Origin: SAR202 cluster bacterium Io17-Chloro-G4 | Lineage (GTDB): Bacteria > Chloroflexota > Dehalococcoidia > Lucifugimonadales > UBA3495 | Assembly (NCBI GenBank): GCA_002816455.1 | Contig: MUCR01000006.1 | Location: forward strand, 11,148-75,147 | Direction of reading: 5' to 3' | Length of the DNA stretch: 64,000 nucleotides | Shown: in pieces, positions 38,462-46,877 of the stretch | Numbering within the stretch: the first letter of the stretch is position 1 | Layout of the letters: each line of letters starts with the position of its first letter | Program-made: the position numbers and the translations under genes | Notes under the pieces: model-generated | Told to the model about the DNA's origin: nothing | What the model saw: the letters and a program-made list of their open reading frames with translations, nothing else | The model's database searches: none

Positions 38462-39667
38462 CTAATACACCTCGTTGAGCACATCTTCCAACTCCGATGC
38501 GTCTTGGACTGGGCGCACATTGCGGTGGAGGCCGTAGTCGGTCATGGCATCTTCGGCGATCATCTTAATACCGGCTGCGTCCACCCCAACTTCGGTGAGA
38601 CGCATCGGCATGCCCAAGCTCATGAAGGTCCCAGTCACCTCGTCGGCCGCAGCCAATGCGGCCGTATGGTCGTCGTATGAATCCCGGTTAACGCCCATGA
38701 TCGAAGCCAGCCGGGCCAAGCCGGAAGCGTTGGCTTCAGCATTGAACCGCATTCCGGGCGCAGTCAAGATGGAGTAGGCGGCGCCGTGGCTGCACTCTTT
38801 GAACCGGGTATCCAGCGAGTGAGCAAGGGCTGAAACCACGCCGAAGCCGCCTCCGGTCGCCCCGCTGTCGCCAGCCCGATTGTACAAGAATGCCGCAGCA
38901 GCGAGGTTTATCCGAACGCTGTCGTCATCGGGCCGAGATTCCACCAACGGTAAGTTGTCACGCATAAGATTCAGGGCATGAAGCAGGTCTGCTTGGGCCA
39001 GTGGGTTAGCCTGCGCCGGGGCCTGTAGCCCACCGATCACGCCGCTGTAACAGGATGCTGCGGCGCTAAGGCAAAGCTGAGGAGAGGCGGTGAGCATGGC
39101 CTCGCTGTCCCAAAAGATTGCGCTGGGGCGGGTTTTGGGGTCAAACAACTCCAGGCGATGGGCCGATTCCGGGTCTATCACTGCTGTGCCTGCCCGGGTC
39201 GCCGCCGTTGTGGGCGTGGTCAAGACCAGGATATTGGGAATTTTTGGTTGGGTTAGCCGGGGACTCACGGGAGGTAGGCCCGCCGGGTATTTGGTGGCCA
39301 GGTCTTGGGCCGAACCATTTTCTGCCAGCAGGATAATTATGGCTCTGGCGGTGACCACGGCGCTGCCGCCTCCCACCGCTACGATCAAGTCTGCGCCCGC
39401 TTCAGCGGCTTGGGCCACGCCTTTCTCCACCGAAGGCAAGGGCGATCCGGTTTCCGCACCATCGAACACGCCAGCAAGCCGCGTTCCCAACGCTTCGCTT
39501 ACTCTGTCTAAGAGACTGGTGAACCGAGCCAAGGATTGGCCGCAGACCACGAAGACGCGTTTGGCACCGGTGCGGTCCACCTCATCACTCAGGCGGTCCA
39601 GCGCACGGGAGCCGGCATGGACTCGCACTGGAAATGTGACGGCACGGAAGGAATCGTTAGCTGCCAA
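38462..39667 (-). CDS. Iron-containing (group III) alcohol dehydrogenase family protein
   Basis: VFVVCGQS, VAVGGGSAVVTARA. The tracked ATG at 39718 has no SD. A TTG at 39667 is preceded by GGGAGA and gives the N-terminus (M)AANDSFRAVTFPVRVHAG, typical for the family. Confidence 0.75.
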   Translation of the reverse strand: MAANDSFRAVTFPVRVHAGSRALDRLSDEVDRTGAKRVFVVCGQSLARFTSLLDRVSEALGTRLAGVFDGAETGSPLPSVEKGVAQAAEAGADLIVAVGGGSAVVTARAIIILLAENGSAQDLATKYPAGLPPVSPRLTQPKIPNILVLTTPTTAATRAGTAVIDPESAHRLELFDPKTRPSAIFWDSEAMLTASPQLCLSAAASCYSGVIGGLQAPAQANPLAQADLLHALNLMRDNLPLVESRPDDDSVRINLAAAAFLYNRAGDSGATGGGFGVVSALAHSLDTRFKECSHGAAYSILTAPGMRFNAEANASGLARLASIMGVNRDSYDDHTAALAAADEVTGTFMSLGMPMRLTEVGVDAAGIKMIAEDAMTDYGLHRNVRPVQDASELEDVLNEVY

Positions 39668-39719
39668 GTTCTTCTCCCGATTTGTATTCTTTAGAGGCTC
39701 AGGGTGAGTCAAGCACATA

Positions 39720-39749
39720 TGTTGCCACTAGCCAAGTAATTTGGCAACA
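39720..39749. promoter_or_regulatory. Perfect 8-bp inverted repeat, candidate operator or 5'-UTR hairpin
   Basis: TGTTGCCA-N14-TGGCAACA, in the divergent region between the Fe-ADH and ThDP-enzyme genes. Confidence 0.25.
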
Positions 39750-39964
39750 ACGTCTATTTTCAGCAATGTGCCAGCCGAGAATACGTCATTCCGGCCTCCG
39801 CCGACGGGACGGACCGGTCTTTCCGGGTCTCTGAAGCGGGACGGCGCCTGGTTTACGATAACGCCCTAAACTGGTAGTTTATTCCCACGACCGTCTTTCA
39901 AGCCACACTGGCGATTGTTGTCCCTGACCTGCCTCACCCAAATCGGATTTGCTGGAGATATGTC

Positions 39965-41608
39965 ATGCCCGTGATGAGCGGCTCCCAAGCCTTGACCCGT
40001 TCCTTGGCCAGGGAAGGAGTGGAGGTAGTGTTCGCCCTGCCAGGGGTCCAGATCATGGACGCCTTTGACGCTTTTTACGACGAGCCTGGCATACGCTTGG
40101 TTCTGGCGCGCCACGAACAATCGGTAGCCTACATGGCCGACGGCTACGCCCGCACCGCCGGAAAGCCGGGAGTCGGCTTGGTGGTGCCCGGCCCCGGCGC
40201 CCTTAACGCCACCGCTGGGCTGGGCACGGCCTACGCCACATCTTCGCCGGTGCTGCTGATTTGCGGGCAGATCGAAAGCTACAACTTGGGCAAAAACAGG
40301 GGCGCGCTCCACGAGATTCCGGAGCAACTGGAGGTGTTCCGTCAGATCACCAAATGGTGCGCCCGCAGCACTAGTGTGGAGGAGATTCCCGGTATGGTGC
40401 ACACCGCCATGGAGCATCTTTCAACGGGCAGGCCCCGGCCGGTGGAGATTGAAGTGCCTTGGGACGTGTTGCCAGCCAGCGCCGATATCGACCTGCCGGA
40501 GCGGGAAATTTTCCCTAAACAGGGGCCGGAGCCTGCCCTGGTCAAAGAGGCTGCCGTGATGTTGGCTAGCGCAACACGGCCGCTCATTTGGGCTGGCGGC
40601 GGCGCTAGAGAGGCCGACCTGTCCTCAGAACTCTTGGAACTGGCCCAGGCCCTTGGCGCGCCGGTAATTACCACACCGGAGGGTAAAGGGGCTATCCCAG
40701 AAGACAATCCCTTGTCGCTGGGTTGCTATTTTTACGGGCACGGTCCCGGCAGAAGGTCTCTACCCGAAGCGGACGTAATCCTGGCCGTGGGCAGCCGGAT
40801 GCACGTTTCCCCCAAGATGCCATGGGACATCCAGCCGCACCAGAAAGTCATCCAGATCGACGCAGACCCGGAAGAGTTGGGCCGCAACCTGCCGGTGGCG
40901 GTGGGAATATGCGCCGACGGACGGTTGGGCTTGCAAGCTATCTTGGATGAATTGGGAGGCAAGACCCGCGCAAGCCGATGGACTCAAGACGAAGTCCATG
41001 ATATACGTCAGGAGACCCTCGGAGAATTGAAAGAGATGGCGCCCCTCCAGCTGGAGATTATCGATGCCATCCGGCTGGAGTTGGACGACGACGCTATCAT
41101 GGTCGCTGGCACAACCCAGATCGGCTACTGGAGCCACCTGGCATATCCTGCGTTGAAACCCCGCTCCTATATCACTTCCAGCTACTTCGCAACATTGGGC
41201 TATGCTTTTCCAACTGCTTTGGGGGCCAAAGTAGGCAACCCTCACCGCCAAGTGGTGGCCACCATCGGCGACGGCGGTTTCGGGTATGCGCCCGGTGAAC
41301 TGGCCACCGCCGTGCAGGAGGGGATAAATGCCGTTACCATCGTCTTCAATAACGAAATGCTGGGCGCTTCGTTCAATGACCAGCAAGAACGCTTTGGTGG
41401 CCGGACCATCGGCACCAGGTTGCACAACCCCGACTTTGTGAAATTGGCCGAGGCCTACGGCGCGGTGGGGGTGAGCCTGGGCAGCCACGAAGAGATGGGG
41501 GACGCCCTGCGGAGCGCGCTTAGAGCCGAAAGACCGGTGGTAATCGAGGTGCCCCTCCCGAATCTCCCGCCGCCGTTTCAGATTTCTCCGCCGGGGACCG
41601 GCGGCTAG
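39965..41608 (+). CDS. Thiamine-diphosphate-dependent enzyme (ALS/benzoylformate decarboxylase/sulfoacetaldehyde acetyltransferase superfamily)
   Basis: 547 aa. GVEVVFALPG......D..........L.RHEQS.AYMADGYAR..GKPGV..VV.GPGALN and GDGGFGY...EL.TA ThDP motifs. Third paralog in the window. Confidence 0.8.
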   Translation: MPVMSGSQALTRSLAREGVEVVFALPGVQIMDAFDAFYDEPGIRLVLARHEQSVAYMADGYARTAGKPGVGLVVPGPGALNATAGLGTAYATSSPVLLICGQIESYNLGKNRGALHEIPEQLEVFRQITKWCARSTSVEEIPGMVHTAMEHLSTGRPRPVEIEVPWDVLPASADIDLPEREIFPKQGPEPALVKEAAVMLASATRPLIWAGGGAREADLSSELLELAQALGAPVITTPEGKGAIPEDNPLSLGCYFYGHGPGRRSLPEADVILAVGSRMHVSPKMPWDIQPHQKVIQIDADPEELGRNLPVAVGICADGRLGLQAILDELGGKTRASRWTQDEVHDIRQETLGELKEMAPLQLEIIDAIRLELDDDAIMVAGTTQIGYWSHLAYPALKPRSYITSSYFATLGYAFPTALGAKVGNPHRQVVATIGDGGFGYAPGELATAVQEGINAVTIVFNNEMLGASFNDQQERFGGRTIGTRLHNPDFVKLAEAYGAVGVSLGSHEEMGDALRSALRAERPVVIEVPLPNLPPPFQISPPGTGG

Positions 41609-41653
41609 TCTCTTTGATCTTTTGAAGTTATTAATACAAATCTAATGACGGCA

Positions 41654-41720
41654 CTGTCACACCGGCGAAGGCCGGAATCTTTCATGCCCCGATGCAATCG
41701 GGGCAACACGGCCGGCGAAA
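41654..41720. repeat. Family B' repeat remnant
   Basis: ctgtcacaccggcgaaggccggaatct ... ggccggcg, related to 3812-3892. Confidence 0.5.
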
Positions 41721-41809
41721 ATCAACCTTTTATATGAATCCGAGACCTTTGACAAGATACGCACTGCCAGCCCTTGACCCTATCTGTGGCCCGTGTTATT
41801 TTTTCTTTG

Positions 41810-42160
41810 GAAACAGAATAGCGTGCGGTGTCCCGATGTTTCATTCGTGAAACATCGGGAAGAATAGGGAAGCCGGTGAAACTCCGGCACGGGCCCGCCA
41901 CTGTAAATGGGTAGCTCTCCGGCTTGCGACAGCGCAGCCACTGCTTCGGACCACCGGAGTGGGAAGGCGCCGGACAGCGTTGATCCATAAGTCAGAAGAC
42001 CTGCCGCACAAACAACACGTGGGCTTTGGTGGACGGACCAGCATTTTTTCGGCTGGCCCATCGCCAACAGTCCGGGTGACTATCCGCTTCGTGGATTGAG
42101 CGGGCGTCTTTGGTATATAAAAAGCCCCCGCTACAAATTAGGCGGGGGCTTTTCTTTTTC
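41810..42160 (+). promoter_or_regulatory. Cobalamin riboswitch with terminator expression platform
   Basis: Core AGGGAAGCCGGTGAAACTCCGGCACGGGCCCGCCACTGTAA (about 41866-41906). B12 box AAGTCAGAAGACCTGCC (41989-42006). Terminator GCCCCCGC-tacaaatta-GCGGGGGC followed by TTTTCTTTTT (42123-42159). Confidence 0.85.
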
Positions 42161-42194
42161 CGGGTCTGGGCAGACGTTCCGGAGAGAGGATTGG

Positions 42195-42980
42195 ATGATT
42201 GAGAGGGGTCAGGGCATGAATGAAACTGAATTTGGTCCAGCGGGCGATTCGGATTTAGGGGGATTTCAGATAGAGAATTTCTCCGAATCAGAGCGCCAAG
42301 CAGTATACCGCGCTATCTACGAAAGACGGGACATACGCCATTTCCGGAGCGAACCTATTCCCGACGATGTTTTGGCCCGGATAATCCAAGCCGCCCACCA
42401 CGGACCTTCGGTGGGCTTCATGCAGCCCTGGGACTTCATTCTGATTAAGGACCTCGACGTGCGGAGGCAGGTTAAAGAACTCTTCCACAAGGAACGTCAG
42501 GCTGCTTCCTGCTTTTTTGAAGAACCGCGGCGTTCCCAATACCTGTCTTTCAAGCTGGAAGGCATATTGGAATCCCCGGTCAACGTGTGCGTCACCTGCG
42601 ACCCCACCCGTGCCGGAGAAGTGTTGGGGAGGAACTCCATCCCGGAAACCGATGTCTACTCCACCTGTTGCGCCATTCAGAACCTGTGGCTGGCGGCGCG
42701 TTGTGAGGGCATCGGCGTTGGCTGGGTCAGTATTCTTAATCCCCTCCAGCTTCACCAGATCCTGGGGGTCCCGGCCCACATCTTACCTGTAGCTTACCTT
42801 TGCCTGGGCTACCCTACCCAGTTTTACGAGCAACCAATGTTGGAGAAGGCCGGCTGGCGGGAGCGTTTGCCGGTAGACCCTCTGATTCACCTCGATGGCT
42901 GGTCGGGTCAATCCGGCTCGGGCTGGGATAACTTTTTGGAAGAAATTGGCAACACAGCCCAGGGTGAAACCGAAAGTTAG
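42195..42980 (+). CDS. bluB: 5,6-dimethylbenzimidazole synthase (BluB, nitroreductase fold)
   Basis: F...E..AVYRAI..RRDIRHF....IPDDVL..I..AAH.GPSVGFMQPW.F and the nitroreductase-fold remainder. ATG at 42195 follows SD GGAGAGAGG. The tracked start at 42096 lies upstream of the riboswitch terminator, so an ORF from there would span it. Confidence 0.8.
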   Translation: MIERGQGMNETEFGPAGDSDLGGFQIENFSESERQAVYRAIYERRDIRHFRSEPIPDDVLARIIQAAHHGPSVGFMQPWDFILIKDLDVRRQVKELFHKERQAASCFFEEPRRSQYLSFKLEGILESPVNVCVTCDPTRAGEVLGRNSIPETDVYSTCCAIQNLWLAARCEGIGVGWVSILNPLQLHQILGVPAHILPVAYLCLGYPTQFYEQPMLEKAGWRERLPVDPLIHLDGWSGQSGSGWDNFLEEIGNTAQGETES

Positions 42981-43118
42981 TCCCCGCCTCTCCTTAGGCC
43001 GACTGCCGTGTGGCCTGTGCTAAAATAATTTTTTACTCCTGTTTTATTCCCGGTCCTACAGGCGCTAGCCACTAGACTGTCTCACATTAGAACGTTTCAT
43101 AGGGGAAAAGATTCAATC

Positions 43119-43556
43119 TTGGCCTCAGATACCCAGCGCATCGATCGTTACCGCAAGCAAAGCATAAATCTGCTTCAGGGAGCGCTGCAGCAAATTAAAC
43201 AAGGCCATTGGACCCGTTCAGAAGACCTGCTGTGGGGCAGTCTCACCTTGGCCGTAAAAGGGGTCGGCTTGAGCCGAGGTGATCACCTGACCGACGATGA
43301 AGAGGTCAGGGAATACGCCACCCAATTGGGCCATGATCACCGAGACCGGCGCCTGCGCGAAGCGTTCACTCAACTATCCAACTTCGGTGAATCCGTGGAG
43401 CGCTTGAGGGAGGCCCGGTTTAGAGTTGACCGGATAATCCCTATGCTTGAAGACGTTAGCTCGGCCATCGAGAGATTGTGGGAAATGGTCCCGTCGGCCA
43501 ACTTGGCTGCGGAGCCCGAAGGCCCTGAGACGGCGGTTGGCCACGATGCGGAATAG
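43119..43556 (+). CDS. Hypothetical alpha-helical protein (possibly PaREP1/HEPN-like)
   Basis: 145 aa. The pattern ..A......G.W....E.LWGS..LAVKGV...RG.HL....E........ loosely recalls PaREP1-type helical bundles. Its 3' end overlaps the mtaB start by 11 nt. Confidence 0.35.
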   Translation: MASDTQRIDRYRKQSINLLQGALQQIKQGHWTRSEDLLWGSLTLAVKGVGLSRGDHLTDDEEVREYATQLGHDHRDRRLREAFTQLSNFGESVERLREARFRVDRIIPMLEDVSSAIERLWEMVPSANLAAEPEGPETAVGHDAE

Positions 43557-44940
43557 CGGCGAAAACGTTGCCGGCAGCTCAGGTCCACCGACTGCAGCGA
43601 TCCACACTCAAGGCTGCAAGCTAAACCAAGCCGACACCGAGACACTGGCCCGAAGTTTTGCCCAAGCGGGATACCGCATCGTAGATTGGGACGACGGGGC
43701 CGATGTGCTGGTCCTAAACACCTGCACAATTACCGCCACTGCTGATGCCAAAGCCCGCCAAGCCTTGAGAAGGGCCCGCCGCGCCAACAACGGCGCATTT
43801 TTGGTAGCCACCGGTTGCTACGCCCAAGGAGCGGCAGACCAACTTGCGAGAGTTGATGGCGTTTCTCTCGTGGTGGGCAACACGGGCAAAGACCGATTGG
43901 TTGCCACTGTGACAGCCGCTCTGGACCAGGCTCTTCAAAGGCGTCTGTTACCTATTTCTGTTGGCAGCAGCGGCCTTGGTGAGAGCGTCCTCCACAAAGA
44001 TTGGATGCCCTTGCAGTTTAACGGTCGAACCGAGTCCGCGCAGCCGCGCACCCGGGCTATGATAAAAATTCAAGAAGGGTGCGATCAAGTTTGCGCATAT
44101 TGCATCGTTCCCAAGGTGCGGGGCAGAGAACGTAGCGTTCATCCCGACGATTTGCTGGAGCAAATCAACCAACGGATTGACCAAGGTTGCCAGGAGGTCG
44201 TGCTCACCGGTACCCAATTGGGAGGCTATGGGTTCGACTTGGCTGACACCAGTTTGGCCCTGTTGCTAAAGCGTATCCTGGGGGAAACCGAAGTCACCAG
44301 GTTGCGAGTCTCCTCGTTGCAACCCCAGGAAATCACGGAAGACTTGCTGGAGCTATGGTCCGACCCCAGGTTGTGTCCCCATTTCCACTTACCACTTCAA
44401 AGTGGCTGCGACCAAATTTTGAAGTCCATGCGCCGCCGGTACGACACTTCCCTGTTCGCCGCCAAGGTCGTCCTGATCCGCAAAATGTTGCCCAGCGCCG
44501 GGATCACCACCGATATTATTGTCGGTTTTCCCGGCGAAGGTGAGGCTCAGTACCGGTTAAGCAAAGATTTCGCCCGCTCCATGGATTTCAGCGACATTCA
44601 CGTCTTTCCCTACTCGCTCCGTCCCGGAACCAGCGCCGCTTACCTGATAAATTCGGTTACGGACGGCGCTAAGAAAGAACGGGCTTGGGAAATGGGAAAG
44701 ATCGCCTCAGAAGGCTTTCGGAGATTCCGGACGAAGCTACTGGGCAGCCAGCGGCCTGTCTTGTGGGAATCCAGCCACTGGGAATCCGGCCACTCCGAAG
44801 AGGACGCAACTGTTTGGAACGGATTGACTGACAATTACATCCGAGTCCACACGCGGAGCGAGGCCGACCTGCAAAATTCGGTCACTCAAGCCCAGCTTTT
44901 GAAGCTGGCCATGGAAAGTGTATTAACTAGTATCCAGTAA
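43546..44940 (+). CDS. mtaB: tRNA (t6A37) methylthiotransferase MtaB (radical SAM)
   Basis: N-terminal UPF0004 domain (IHTQGCKLNQADTE), radical-SAM CDQVCAYCIVP, and a C-terminal TRAM-like region. ATG at 43546 is preferred over the tracked 43447. Confidence 0.85.
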   Translation: MRNSGENVAGSSGPPTAAIHTQGCKLNQADTETLARSFAQAGYRIVDWDDGADVLVLNTCTITATADAKARQALRRARRANNGAFLVATGCYAQGAADQLARVDGVSLVVGNTGKDRLVATVTAALDQALQRRLLPISVGSSGLGESVLHKDWMPLQFNGRTESAQPRTRAMIKIQEGCDQVCAYCIVPKVRGRERSVHPDDLLEQINQRIDQGCQEVVLTGTQLGGYGFDLADTSLALLLKRILGETEVTRLRVSSLQPQEITEDLLELWSDPRLCPHFHLPLQSGCDQILKSMRRRYDTSLFAAKVVLIRKMLPSAGITTDIIVGFPGEGEAQYRLSKDFARSMDFSDIHVFPYSLRPGTSAAYLINSVTDGAKKERAWEMGKIASEGFRRFRTKLLGSQRPVLWESSHWESGHSEEDATVWNGLTDNYIRVHTRSEADLQNSVTQAQLLKLAMESVLTSIQ

Positions 44941-44991
44941 AATGTATTATGTTACCTAATACTTTGTTTCTTTAGAGGGCACCGATACAAT

Positions 44992-45023
44992 AAAAACACG
45001 AGGCTGATCGGCCTCGTGTTTTT
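44992..45023. terminator. Bidirectional rho-independent terminator
   Basis: AAAAACACGAGGC-tgatcg-GCCTCGTGTTTTT between the convergent mtaB and MBL genes. Confidence 0.8.
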
Positions 45024-45215
45024 ACGCTTTATAGGCAGTAAGCAAATCCGAACTGAAGTACTCGGACCCCAGAGTCGGCTAAGTGCCAAACTTGGTGCGG
45101 TCCTGACTTTCGCGCGGTTACGGGGGTCGGCTAAGAGCTATGATTTTCGCCCTCTAAGTCCAACCTCGATTTCGGTTCTTACCAGTTGCTTCGGGAATCC
45201 CGTCCGAAGAAGCGT

Positions 45216-46046
45216 TTACAGCTCAACGGGTTTTAGGTATCCCATTTCTCCCCGGCGCTCTAGGTAACCCGCCCTGGTATCGTGACCATGGGAGAATACC
45301 AGCAACCAGCCCTCGCGTTCGGCTTGATTCAACAAGTCCCGCTTCTGACTAAGGGTATCCTCGGGAGAGCTGTCGAAGGCGGAGATTACCGTTAGGTTCA
45401 AGTGGTGGGGCGTGGGGACTATGTCTCCCAAGAACACTACCCGCTCCCCACCGTGGTTAAACATCACGGACTGGTGACCCTTTGCATGGCCATCGGTCAA
45501 AATTACATTTAACCCGGGGAAAATCTCGGCGTCTCCGTCCAGGATCTCCAATTGCCCTCGCTCATCTATGGGCTTGAAGTTATCCGACCGGTGGGTGGCG
45601 TGGCACCGTTCGTTGGGGTTGCAGGCTTCATCCCAGCAACTCTGCTGAACGTAGTAGCGAGCTTTGGGGAAAGTCGGCATAACGTTGCCCGCCCGGTCCA
45701 ACCTGGTGCAACCACCGCTGTGGTCGAAGTGCAAATGACTGAGAATTACTGCGTGGATATCTTTGGGAGTTAGGCCCAAACCTTTCAGGCCTTTGAGGAG
45801 CCGGCTAGGCACCAATCCCAGGTTTTCTTTGTCGTTCTCGGCATCTTTAGAGCCCACGCCGGTGTCAACCAAGACGTTCCGGCCGCACACTTGAAGCAGC
45901 ATGCAATTGAGCCCTAGGGTCATACGGTTCTTTCGGTCAGTTACTACGCTGTTTTCCCAAGCCATCTTGGGAACTTGGCCGAACATGGAGCCACCGTCAA
46001 ACTTGATGACCCCATCGCTGATGATCTTTACAGCTGTCGACATCAT
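45216..46046 (-). CDS. MBL-fold metallo-hydrolase
   Basis: HxHxDH motif (LSHLHFDHSGG), later TDGHAKGH and SHGHD. The ATG-ATG at 46046 (MMSTAVKII...) is preferred. The upstream 66 codons of the tracked ORF are AT-rich and not protein-like. Confidence 0.75.
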   Translation of the reverse strand: MMSTAVKIISDGVIKFDGGSMFGQVPKMAWENSVVTDRKNRMTLGLNCMLLQVCGRNVLVDTGVGSKDAENDKENLGLVPSRLLKGLKGLGLTPKDIHAVILSHLHFDHSGGCTRLDRAGNVMPTFPKARYYVQQSCWDEACNPNERCHATHRSDNFKPIDERGQLEILDGDAEIFPGLNVILTDGHAKGHQSVMFNHGGERVVFLGDIVPTPHHLNLTVISAFDSSPEDTLSQKRDLLNQAEREGWLLVFSHGHDTRAGYLERRGEMGYLKPVEL

Positions 46047-46877
46047 CTCTACACCCAATCCCTCTTGCAAAATTAATGTAACTTTGCCCCACCGTCGAAG
46101 CCGCTTCCTCTCCCAAACCCAGATTTCCAAACCAGATTTCCAAAACTGTAGATAAGAAAAAAATGAAGATAATTGCTGATTGATAGATATATGAATGGGA
46201 TGATAATTACTGGGATTTAATAAAAGGTTATCGATTAGAAGCAAAACTTCTGGGGCACCCGCCCTGACAGGCGGTCATTGACTTCTCTCATCAGAGGTCT
46301 TAAATTTCTTTGTATAGTAGCCTCCTTGTTATGGAGTCGTGTTCCGCGTATGGTACGTTTTCCAGAATAAAAGCCTTAATCCGATTTGAGAATAACTCGC
46401 CCGGTAGTTTTCCCCGTTACCGACCGGGTTGGTTTTTATGACAACTAGCGTTTGTTTAAACTACCCCTTTTATTTCAATATTAGATAATGGGTAGCTATT
46501 CGCTGTTTGTCAAGGCATTTTTAAATGAATTTTTGGTACAGTTTTTAAACATTTCTTACAAAAATAATTAAATTAGGCTTAAATCGAACTCCCGGCCTCT
46601 TTTTTGTCCCCGTCAATTTTTCGTTTTTTGCCCAATATTCTTTATCAATTCTCCCCACTCCACCAATCAACCCCGGCCCTCTCGCCGATTTTTCTCCCCG
46701 CCATACCTCCTACCCCCATGCCGCTGCCTGAATCAGGTTGAATAATGCTATACTACCGGCCACCAATGGGAGCGATTCGATATCGGCACCTAAGTAATAA
46801 ACCCCGCATAGCGATTTTCAGCGCCGGTCCAGCTCTCCTCTCTTGAGCAAAACCGGGCGTTTATTTGAGGTTGAAGC

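Noticed and set aside
42096-42194. N-terminal 33 codons of the tracked bluB ORF.
   Set aside because: An ORF from this start would span the riboswitch terminator hairpin (42123-42159). The ATG at 42195 has a proper SD.
44941-45215. Possible small RNA in the mtaB/MBL gap, where gtcggctaag occurs twice.
   Set aside because: There is no promoter-like element, no recognisable family motif, and the duplicated decamer is short. The region is adequately explained by the bidirectional terminator at 44992-45023 plus 3' UTRs.
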